IMG/VR virus record: IMGVR_UViG_3300005253_000043
Span: 1 to 49,035 of that record
DNA length: 49,035 nucleotides
Origin: a virus
Taxonomy: Duplodnaviria > Caudoviricetes
Direction: 5' to 3' (one strand)
Under the pieces are notes generated by a model. It had not been told where the DNA came from and made no database searches. It saw only the letters and a list, made by a program, of their open reading frames with translations. The number at the start of each line of letters is the position of its first letter. The stretch's first letter is position 1. This document shows, one piece after another, positions 38,544 to 46,270 of the stretch. The position numbers were made by a program, and so were the translations under genes.

Positions 38544-38946
38544 ATCGACAATTCGCACATATATCAAAAACACCGCCGATCCCGTTTATTCTAAGTATAT
38601 CAGGGTTAAAGAAGCAGATATGTACGGGTGTTGTGTATGTATAACTTGTGGAGCAAGGAGAAAATGGAATGACGAGATAGATGCGGGGCATTTTCAAACC
38701 CGCCTATACTGGGCAACAAGATTTGACGACCGGAACGTACACGCTCAGTGTACTCGCTGTAACAGGACCGAGGGCGAAAAGGGTAGCTACACACGGTATC
38801 TGGACAAAAGATACGGCACAGAGGCAGTGGATGCCCTTATACGGGATTCTCACCGTTCTCACACGCTCACTATGGACGGATTAAAACAGATGGCCAAAGA
38901 ATGGCGGGCGGAGATAGACAAAATGGCAATAGTTAAGAACTTGTAG
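38536..38946 (+). CDS. ninG: NinG/Rap-like recombination endonuclease
   Basis: YSKYIR, CITCG, DAGHF, RFDDRNVHAQCTRCN. Confidence 0.88.
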   Translation: MSKSTIRTYIKNTADPVYSKYIRVKEADMYGCCVCITCGARRKWNDEIDAGHFQTRLYWATRFDDRNVHAQCTRCNRTEGEKGSYTRYLDKRYGTEAVDALIRDSHRSHTLTMDGLKQMAKEWRAEIDKMAIVKNL

Positions 38947-38967
38947 CCGACAGGGACTTATTTCAGC

Positions 38968-39276
38968 CTATTCGCTACTTGTTTGACTGTTAGCTTCGCA
39001 CAGGGTTATGGCTTTTTTTGCTTCAAGCTGTATAAGTAAGGAATCTACCTTGTGTTTTATTTTTCTGTTAGCTATCTTTTCCAACATATCCTGCAACGCA
39101 TCACGTTGTTTGATAAGCTCGGCAACTGTCAGAAACCGGTCGTTACCGCAATCAGGACAGCAAATAGGGGAATCAGCACCAAGCGTATCATAATCATCGC
39201 TGTTTAATTGGTGCATTACTAACCCACAAGAGCATATATCGACTGTGTTTATAGTCTTTCTTTCTTCTTGTTCCAT
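38968..39276 (-). CDS. Zn-ribbon / coiled-coil hypothetical protein
   Basis: CSCG...CPDCG; AAGGAG RBS before MEQEERK. Confidence 0.55.
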   Translation of the reverse strand: MEQEERKTINTVDICSCGLVMHQLNSDDYDTLGADSPICCPDCGNDRFLTVAELIKQRDALQDMLEKIANRKIKHKVDSLLIQLEAKKAITLCEANSQTSSE

Positions 39277-39326
39277 TTCACATTCTCCTTGAAAAAACAA
39301 TTTTCTATACCAGTCTTTGTGAAACA

Positions 39327-39563
39327 TTAAAACATTCCGGGAAAATTGACGTTGCCACTTGCATCAAAAGCCTCTTGTAAATGATCGCAGATTTCTTCAA
39401 GCTGATCTATGGCCTCTTGGAGTCCTTCGGCTTTCGCACTATTTTGTAGGTTTTCAGGCATATTTTCAAGCCACAATTCGAGCTCGTCCTTTAGGCGCTC
39501 AACTTCCATCTGTGCTGATTCTACCGATTCCATTTCTGTGCTTAATCTTTTTGCTCTACTCAT
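39327..39563 (-). CDS. Acidic coiled-coil phage protein
   Basis: WLENMPENLQNS motif; AAGGAG RBS. Confidence 0.65.
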   Translation of the reverse strand: MSRAKRLSTEMESVESAQMEVERLKDELELWLENMPENLQNSAKAEGLQEAIDQLEEICDHLQEAFDASGNVNFPGMF

Positions 39564-39605
39564 AATCTAACTCCTTTTCATTTAAAGTTCTGAAAGCTAA
39601 CTTTG

Positions 39606-39872
39606 CTAATATACTTCGTCTCTGATGTCCATATCAGCAAACTTGCTTCTAACTTTTTCTTGCCAATCTCTCATAGCGTTAGCGTGGTTTTTAACGGCTT
39701 TAATAACTACAGGATCGCAAGCAGGGTGTATTTCGCTTATAGCAACATACATATCAAGCAAAATAGGGGCAATTGCGTCTTGTCCTCTGAGTAAAAAGAC
39801 AGGTTCGTCATCCGGTATGCGGTTTGCATTATCTTGAATACGTTTGTTGTAATCATCCCTTGCATGTAACAT
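39606..39872 (-). CDS. Phage hypothetical protein
   Basis: IPDDEPVFLLRGQD motif; AGGAG RBS. Confidence 0.7.
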   Translation of the reverse strand: MLHARDDYNKRIQDNANRIPDDEPVFLLRGQDAIAPILLDMYVAISEIHPACDPVVIKAVKNHANAMRDWQEKVRSKFADMDIRDEVY

Positions 39873-39899
39873 TTTGTTTCTCCTGTAATGTTTTGAAAG

Positions 39900-40115
39900 C
39901 TAACTTTGCTGTTGTCGGAGCAATTCAGGACGTTTGTAAGTTAAAGGTTTTACTCCTCTGCCTTTTGAATCAATTACAATGCTATCTAATGGACATATTT
40001 GAGCGATCTTCTTGCCGCAATGTGTAATTATAATCGTTTCGCCATGTTTCCAAACTTGATGATATATCCACTCTCCAGGTTCACTTCTTAATTCCATCAT
40101 CGTAATTGTTTTCAT
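39900..40115 (-). CDS. Phd/YefM-family antitoxin-like protein
   Basis: MKTITMMELR..PGE....V...GETIIIT..GKKIAQICP. Confidence 0.75.
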   Translation of the reverse strand: MKTITMMELRSEPGEWIYHQVWKHGETIIITHCGKKIAQICPLDSIVIDSKGRGVKPLTYKRPELLRQQQS

Positions 40116-40116
40116 G

Positions 40117-40242
40117 TCATTTTCCTAACTTTCGCAAAAAAGAACCGACCCCGCAAGCTGTATCGCAGATCAATACGGAAGAGGCGCATAGAAATGCCTT
40201 GCAAGGCCGATCGTTAGTAAATTGATTAAATCCACGATACAT
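40117..40242 (-). promoter_or_regulatory. Leader ORF / attenuator element 3
   Basis: Interleaved helices plus U tract; 41-aa leaderless ORF. Confidence 0.7.
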
Positions 40243-40248
40243 ACTTAT

Positions 40249-40281
40249 AGTATACACTATTTTGGGACAGATGGTTGTAAA
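40249..40281 (-). promoter_or_regulatory. Leftward promoter with non-canonical -35 region
   Basis: TTTACAACCATC-N15-TATACT. Confidence 0.65.
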
Positions 40282-40375
40282 AACTTGAAAAATAAGAAAA
40301 ATATTTGCTTCGATGCACTTTTTGGGCTAAAAATGGGGGTAAGCAAAAAGGTAAACAAAAAATAAAAGAATTTAT

Positions 40376-40404
40376 TTGACTTTGCATCGTTCTTGATGTA
40401 TACT
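40376..40404 (+). promoter_or_regulatory. Sigma70 promoter of the tRNA-fMet unit
   Basis: TTGACT-17-TATACT; shares 18 nt with the 26244 promoter. Confidence 0.8.
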
Positions 40405-40463
40405 TAAGGTTTTATAGCCGGTCCCCGTACAGCTTCGGCGATGCGGGTTTATTAACGTTTTAC

Positions 40464-40536
40464 CGCAGGGTGGAGCAACGGTTGGCTCGTCGGCCTCATA
40501 AGCCGGAGATAGTTGGTTCGACTCCAACCCCTGCAA
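40464..40536 (+). tRNA. tRNA-Met(CAT), initiator type
   Basis: Cloverleaf; C1:A72 mismatch; A11:U24 pair; CAT anticodon; CCA not encoded. Confidence 0.92.
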
Positions 40537-40840
40537 TTGACAATTTAGCTGTCAAAAGATAGTGGCATAAAATGGTAAGTTGTTTAATGAAAAAGGTTAA
40601 GCTCGCCAATTTTGGTGTCACTTTTACCGACAATTAAATACTTCGCCCTGCCACAAGGATGTGATATGGAATCAACAAGCGATTGTCTGATACGTTTAGC
40701 GAGGGAAATTGAAGAGCCTTGCGACACAAACAAACTACTTAGAATTAGTCGGGAACGGTGTCCGGACGGACGATCTTCCTCAATGTACACATATCAACAT
40801 AAAAGACGAAAAATCAGAGCAGAACGGTTGCTTTTTTGAT

Positions 40841-41020
40841 AATAGGATGAATTAAGCAGGTTATAGGGGAAGGCAAACTGAGATATAAAACGACAAAAGC
40901 AGGTCAGACTTGGGTAACGGAGTCTGTGTCGAGACAAACCCGGACATGTGATGGGTCATTTCTCAGTCAATACCTAAACATATAGGGCATGTGATAAACA
41001 AACCCTTTGCCTATCCTATT
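40841..41020 (+). ncRNA. Candidate multi-stem non-coding RNA
   Basis: Nested pairings AATAGGAT/ATCCTATT, AGGCAAA/TTTGCCT, ACTGAGA/TCTCAGT, CAGACT/AGTCTG in an ORF-poor gap. Confidence 0.4.
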
Positions 41021-41113
41021 AGAGTATCCGGCAGAAACTGCTTGCAATCAAGTAGGTCAAGAAGATGTCAAGAGAATATCAAGATTTAATAACATTCGCA
41101 AGAGGGCTGTAAA

Positions 41114-41338
41114 ATGGTGCTAACACAAACAAAAGAGCCGGCATTGGTCGAAACCCGTAAAAGGTGGTTTCCAAACACTTGCGGGGTATGTAAACATTTT
41201 TATCCTGCAGGATTAGATGAACCAGATGACCCGCCATTTTGTGCGTTAGACAGTCGAACAGTAGCGATATATCAAGTATGTGGAGATTGGCAGCGATACC
41301 ACGGAGAAGCCCTAACAACAACTACGAACGGTAAATAA
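41114..41338 (+). CDS. Small Cys-containing protein
   Basis: CGVCKHF...C...VCGDW; GAGGG RBS. Confidence 0.55.
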   Translation: MVLTQTKEPALVETRKRWFPNTCGVCKHFYPAGLDEPDDPPFCALDSRTVAIYQVCGDWQRYHGEALTTTTNGK

Positions 41339-41765
41339 AATGGCGTTAAGGAGAACTTGGAATAGATATTGTGGAGATTGTGGCCAAGATTTAACCGGAC
41401 AAGCTACTAATTCGCATATTTGGATAAAATCATGTGAGTGCAAACCGCCAATTCCAGGCCCTTTGCCCGCACCGAGGATGGTGAAGCTCTCTAATTTGAT
41501 CGATAATAAAAGAACCTAACAGGGCGAAAGACAATATATCAAAAAATGCCAAAATGCCGGTGTTTAAGTGATAGCTCTTTTATGCTCTTAGTTTGAGCTT
41601 AAGTTAAAATAGACGATAAGCCGGTGGCGGAACCGGCATAAAGTAAGGAGGATTTATAAATCAACAGGCCGCGTGCCTCTTTTTATTAGACATAAGCAGT
41701 TTGTGTAACTGTCGCCCTGTTGTCTATCTTTCTTTTTGCCTGAATAAACCTACGGCAAATTCTCT

Positions 41766-41807
41766 AAAAACCCCGCCCCAGTTCCGATGAGGAGCCGAGA
41801 CGGGGTT
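41766..41807 (-). terminator. Terminator between convergent units
   Basis: AACCCCG...CGGGGTT stem; U tract on the minus strand. Confidence 0.7.
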
Positions 41808-41825
41808 ATAAAAGGGTTATCGGGG

Positions 41826-42017
41826 TTAAGTTTTAGCTAATATTTTGTGCTTGTTAATAGTACAGTCGATGCTTGTTTTTAGTTCTCGAAAGCATAATTG
41901 TTTGACGAGCTTGCCCGGCATGTGTACGATAAGAACATCCAGGGCATTGTTACAATCAACAAGGCTGTCTAACCTACATTCTGCCAATAAATGTTTTTCT
42001 ATTTCACCAACTTGCAT
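41826..42017 (-). CDS. Hypothetical protein
   Basis: GAGG RBS. Confidence 0.5.
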   Translation of the reverse strand: MQVGEIEKHLLAECRLDSLVDCNNALDVLIVHMPGKLVKQLCFRELKTSIDCTINKHKILAKT

Positions 42018-42181
42018 AATAAACCTCTACTTTCCTTGATTAAACCCTTTTATTTAAACGATACTCAGCAGACAACGCCCGCAAACGTTATTCTGGATTT
42101 AGTCTTTTTGGGTCTATTCTGTAATCTTCGCCGGTTACGAACAGGGCATATCTCCAGTCCCACTCTTGAAGACACTCGTTA

Positions 42182-42433
42182 CTACAGATACATCCGTTTT
42201 TCATTTAATAATCCTTGACGTTCTTTTTCGGCTATTTTGAGGTCAACACCGAAATAATTAGCAAGTAACAATTCGATCCCTTCGTCTGTTGGGTATAAAG
42301 AGTCGGAATCGGAATGAGCCGAATATCGACACAACACCACTTCATGATTGTTTTGTAACCATTCGAGAAATGTCCCGATTATCTGTGATTTATGCTGATT
42401 ACCCTGCATTTTGTCAAGTTCTGGCGTTTTCAT
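42182..42433 (-). CDS. Phage hypothetical protein
   Basis: SQIIGTFLEWL...LLANYFGVDL..AEKER motif. Confidence 0.7.
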   Translation of the reverse strand: MKTPELDKMQGNQHKSQIIGTFLEWLQNNHEVVLCRYSAHSDSDSLYPTDEGIELLLANYFGVDLKIAEKERQGLLNEKRMYL

Positions 42434-42485
42434 AAAATAACCCTTTCAAAATATTAAACCCTTTTATCGTCTATGTGACATATAA

Positions 42486-42518
42486 AGTATAACTCATAAA
42501 ATGACCGATGGTTGTAAA
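42486..42518 (-). promoter_or_regulatory. Leftward promoter with non-canonical -35 region (copy 2)
   Basis: TTTACAACCATC-N15-TATACT. Confidence 0.65.
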
Positions 42519-42562
42519 CTTGAAAGAATAGCAAGATAATGACTAAAATAATCAGAAATCAC

Positions 42563-42591
42563 TTGACAAACCCCAAAACAGAGGGTAAGAT
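42563..42591 (+). promoter_or_regulatory. Sigma70 promoter of the terminase small subunit
   Basis: TTGACA-17-TAAGAT. Confidence 0.7.
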
Positions 42592-42622
42592 AAATATACA
42601 AAGTAGCAGGATAAGAACTAAA

Positions 42623-43036
42623 ATGACAAGAACTAAAACACTATCAGCAAAACATAATGAGTTTATTAACAACCTATTCTTATTGAAGTTTAACGGTACT
42701 AAGGCATATGCAGAGACGTACCCTGATTGTAGTGGAAAAACAGCAGAAGTAAACAGCTGCAAGTTACTAAGTAATACCAAGATAAAAGCAGAAATAGAAC
42801 GCAGAACGGCTGAATTAGCGCAAGAAGCAGGCTGGAACGTTAAAATAGCACTTAAACACCTGAAAAAAATCATTGATCTGTACTTGCATAGGCCTTCTGC
42901 GGCCGTCAGCGCCATTGTGGCAGCTAATCGCATGTTTGGTATGGACAAGGACGCCGGCCCCGGCGCAGCCGGCCTGACGATAAACGTCACTACCGACCGT
43001 AAAGTCATTGAGAGCAAGGAGATAGAAAATGAATAA
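42623..43036 (+). CDS. terS: Terminase small subunit
   Basis: FNGTKAY...AEVNSCKLLSNTKIKAEI HTH motif; start set downstream of the promoter. Confidence 0.85.
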   Translation: MTRTKTLSAKHNEFINNLFLLKFNGTKAYAETYPDCSGKTAEVNSCKLLSNTKIKAEIERRTAELAQEAGWNVKIALKHLKKIIDLYLHRPSAAVSAIVAANRMFGMDKDAGPGAAGLTINVTTDRKVIESKEIENE

Positions 43037-43364
43037 ATGTTTAATGTGTGGCAAAAAGTGTACTGGCGCATGTTGTAGCGGTGCGTGCCGAGCGAAGCGG
43101 TCAAGGTTCATGCGCACGCAGTTAGTACACGCTACGCGCACGGATCAATCAGACCGCACGCAAGCGCACGCGCACGCAGATTCACCCGATACTGCACCAT
43201 CTACTCAGAACACGGACGAGCAGGAGGCTGGTGAGTCCACGAAGTCAGACGGGATGGACAATGACATGCTTGAGATTGTCCGCGATGAGGAAGAGACGTG
43301 GTCGGGCCTTGAACCAGTTGAACAGGCAAACCACTGCCTGCCTGGTGATCCCCAGACTATGTAA
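43029..43364 (+). CDS. Small Zn-finger protein with internal CGCACG repeats
   Basis: CLMCG...CCSGACR; AAGGAG RBS. Confidence 0.6.
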   Translation: MNKCLMCGKKCTGACCSGACRAKRSRFMRTQLVHATRTDQSDRTQAHAHADSPDTAPSTQNTDEQEAGESTKSDGMDNDMLEIVRDEEETWSGLEPVEQANHCLPGDPQTM

Positions 43365-43436
43365 CAGCAGAGCGCATAGCTGCAAGCCGCAGGTCACGCT
43401 CACAGCCGGCACAGAGCCCGCCAGTGTACGAACGCG

Positions 43437-43790
43437 TTGAGGTACGAGCATGATGTATTTAGTGCAGGAGTAAGCCGCGTGACTGAGAAGATGCGGAAAC
43501 AGAGAGACTTAGCTAAACAGCGCAACTTTGATTATATCAGGGAGTATAAAGAGTATCATAGGTGTTGTGAGTGCAGTGAGGGTCGAGCCGTGTGCTTAGA
43601 CTTACACCACGAAGATCCGAACACCAAGAAGTTTACACTGTCCGATGGTAAGTCGCACTCAATCAAGAGCATCAACTTAGAGCTAAAGAAATGTATTGTA
43701 TTATGTGCGAACTGTCATAGACTACACCATGCACAGGTACAGCACGAGAAGGTGATAAAGGAAGAGAATGAAACAAATACTTTATTTTAA
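43437..43790 (+). CDS. HNH endonuclease
   Basis: CCEC...LDLHH.DP...KCIVLCANCHR. Confidence 0.85.
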   Translation: MRYEHDVFSAGVSRVTEKMRKQRDLAKQRNFDYIREYKEYHRCCECSEGRAVCLDLHHEDPNTKKFTLSDGKSHSIKSINLELKKCIVLCANCHRLHHAQVQHEKVIKEENETNTLF

Positions 43791-43923
43791 GAGTAAGCCT
43801 ACCCCACCCCAGGGGTTGGCCTTTGAGGGCGACATTAGGTACTATGTGGAGACTACAACATTACGACTTCCAGCCAAAATATATTCCAGCAACCTAACTA
43901 ATTGTGGATAAACGAGGACAAGA

Positions 43924-44115
43924 ATGCTCGAAACAGAACATTTTACTGATGAACAAGTTTTTGGCTTGTGCGAAGAATCCTTTAGAAAAGGGACGCCCTT
44001 ATGGTTTTGTGGCGGCACGTCAGAGCGTGTTGCACAAAATAGATGGGAAGCAGAGAATCTATTTTCTCCCGAATTTCCAAACCCATTTAACCTTATCCCG
44101 CAGGGAGGTAGATAA
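43924..44115 (+). CDS. Hypothetical protein
   Basis: GAGGA RBS. Confidence 0.45.
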   Translation: MLETEHFTDEQVFGLCEESFRKGTPLWFCGGTSERVAQNRWEAENLFSPEFPNPFNLIPQGGR

Positions 44116-44322
44116 TGGATAATTATGAACTTGATACTTTAAGAACTAAGTTGCTTTCTGACGGCTATACAGTAAAATATTTGGATCATGTTTATGCCCG
44201 TGGTTTTCTTGTGGATGGTGAGGCGGGCGTAGAATTTGAATTGCGCCGTTTAGACCTTACGACAAAGTTGACAGATATACTTGTGGCCCACTAATTATGG
44301 ACAAAACTTACGGAGAATTAAG

Positions 44323-44550
44323 ATGGCTGAGGTTTATAATAAAGGGATAATCGGGGTTGATTTAGAGTTGCATGTTGTGGCAAAAACCCCAAAGGGTTCT
44401 ATGCAATTAACGGGTGGCGACAAAAAGCCGGGAATTTTAAAAATAGGATCGATAGATTTAAATGGCAACCAATTTTCAATAGACGGGCAATGGTTCGATA
44501 CGGATGATTTTGTATTCACCAAGCCGGTTGCCGTACAAATGGAGAATTAA
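44323..44550 (+). CDS. Hypothetical protein
   Basis: GGAG RBS before MAEVYNK. Confidence 0.5.
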   Translation: MAEVYNKGIIGVDLELHVVAKTPKGSMQLTGGDKKPGILKIGSIDLNGNQFSIDGQWFDTDDFVFTKPVAVQMEN

Positions 44551-44781
44551 AAATGATAATGGATAGAGAAAAATATGAAGTGGAGCTAAAGCGTCTTTAC
44601 GATGACGCTATTAAGGCTAAAGATTTCCGGCTTGCGTTTGATATACTTACTATTGGCAGGGGTGATACGCAGAGGCCGAGTCGTCCCAGACCTCGTTAAA
44701 GGAATAGATAATGGCAGACCATCATCACACAAGGAAGCAGGCAAAGCGGATACGGAAGCGGCGTAAGAAGGGCAAGAAGAA

Positions 44782-44919
44782 ATGAAGCGCATTGTGTTTT
44801 GTGTTTGTTTTGGTATTTTGATATTTGGTTTCCGATTGCCCCCAATGGTAATTCGGCTAACAGCGCTCTTGGCTTTGGGTATGATGTTTTGGGATTATAG
44901 ACAAGAAAGAACAAGATGA
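44782..44919 (+). CDS. 45-aa two-TM membrane protein (not in ORF track)
   Basis: MKRIVFCVCFGILIFGFRLPPMVIRLTALLALGMMFWDYRQERTR; ATGA overlaps at both ends. Confidence 0.5.
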   Translation: MKRIVFCVCFGILIFGFRLPPMVIRLTALLALGMMFWDYRQERTR

Positions 44920-45206
44920 AACTTAACTACAACAGAAACTCTAAAAAGATAGTCCGGCCCAAAAAGCCCGTTGCCCGGCCTGTGGCTTTTGCCGATACGA
45001 ATATGATGTTGAATGGGTGTAAAGTAATGGTTGCACATCCCAACGCAGAGTTGGCACAAAAGGTCGCTGTTGAGTTTCGTGATATTTTAGCGTACAATAT
45101 AAACCGTGCCCGGATTCCGAATTTACAGGATATGTGGAGAAAGCATTTTGAATTATGCGAGAAGGTCGCTTCCGGCGAGAAAGTGTTCGAGGAAAAATTT
45201 GATTAG
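44916..45206 (+). CDS. Hypothetical protein
   Basis: ATGA coupling. Confidence 0.5.
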   Translation: MKLNYNRNSKKIVRPKKPVARPVAFADTNMMLNGCKVMVAHPNAELAQKVAVEFRDILAYNINRARIPNLQDMWRKHFELCEKVASGEKVFEEKFD

Positions 45207-45216
45207 GAGATTTAAA

Positions 45217-45948
45217 ATGAAAAAAGTAATGTTGATCTTGGTATTGTTGATGGCGGGGAGCTCGCAGGGTTGGTGGGGTGGGGATGACGATATTTGTAAC
45301 CATAAACTTATCGCCGGAGCAACTTGGGATGAGTGTAAAGAGGCCGAAAAATCCAAAGAGTTTTCAGAGTTAATTCCCCCAATATGGTATTACAAATGCG
45401 GTTTGTGTAAAAAGGCCATTTTATCCGAAACGGAGTTGAAGGTAGAAGGGTTAATCGAAGTTGGGCAAATATGGAAGCGGACACTTTCTGGTGACAGCCG
45501 GAGGGTTCTGGAAGTTGGCCAAAAATACGTTGTTTTTGGTTTCGTCAGCGGCGGGGACGAGAACTATCCCAGTGTTGAGACTAAGACCGAATTTCGCAAA
45601 GACTATGAACTTGTAGAGCCTACGGAATCGGAGCTCTTAGTTTTTATCGACAGCAAAACTGTATATTCTGATTTTACCATTACCGCCGACACCGGCACAC
45701 ACATTAAGATTATAGTCGACTCGGTGGATTATGTTATTTCACAAGAACCCGAAAAGGCCTACATTCACAAAAACCCAAACAATGACCATTGGATTTGCTC
45801 GAAGCATGGCGACTTAGAATCGGACGATTTTCTTGTATCTTCTTATGCGGCTGTAATATGCTTTGAAGATATTTCTTATTGTAGAAAGTGTCTTTTTGAA
45901 GTTTCTGACGGGATTATAAGCCAATATATTATAGGGATAAAACAATAA
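45217..45948 (+). CDS. Secreted Cys-containing hypothetical protein
   Basis: AGGAG RBS; MKKVMLILVLLMAGSSQG signal peptide. Confidence 0.65.
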   Translation: MKKVMLILVLLMAGSSQGWWGGDDDICNHKLIAGATWDECKEAEKSKEFSELIPPIWYYKCGLCKKAILSETELKVEGLIEVGQIWKRTLSGDSRRVLEVGQKYVVFGFVSGGDENYPSVETKTEFRKDYELVEPTESELLVFIDSKTVYSDFTITADTGTHIKIIVDSVDYVISQEPEKAYIHKNPNNDHWICSKHGDLESDDFLVSSYAAVICFEDISYCRKCLFEVSDGIISQYIIGIKQ

Positions 45949-46160
45949 TGGATAAAGTAAAAGGGCTTCGTAAAGCAGGTATTGGATTTGAATGGAAAAA
46001 TCCAGACAGAACTACGACTAAAAAGGCGTGGAAAGAAGTCTCTCAATGGTTGAGGGTTGCCAGAAATAGAATTGAAAAAAATACTGATTTTGACCAGTTG
46101 ATAAAAAAGATGACAAATTTATCAGTGATTGGCTATAGCGAAATATTGGTAAGAAAATAA
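45948..46160 (+). CDS. Hypothetical protein
   Basis: TAATG coupling. Confidence 0.5.
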   Translation: MDKVKGLRKAGIGFEWKNPDRTTTKKAWKEVSQWLRVARNRIEKNTDFDQLIKKMTNLSVIGYSEILVRK

Positions 46161-46202
46161 CCGCCGGTAATCTGTAATTGGTCGCCGGTTAAAAATTGAA
46201 TA

Positions 46203-46260
46203 AAGCAATGATACGGCTATGTAGGAGCCTACATCTTCTACATGGCCGTTTTTGTTGCTT
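46203..46260 (+). promoter_or_regulatory. Long hairpin abutting the terL RBS
   Basis: AAGCAATGA..ACGGCTATGTAGGA / TTCTACATGGCCGT..TTGTTGCTT, then GGAG. Confidence 0.6.
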
Positions 46261-46270
46261 GGAGTATTAA

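Noticed and set aside
39591-40135. CRISPR array
   Set aside because: Only two full 17-bp copies, separated by a whole gene; no regular repeat-spacer pattern and no cas genes
42539-42622. ORF-track N-terminal extension of terS
   Set aside because: It spans the predicted promoter; the ATG at 42623 fits better
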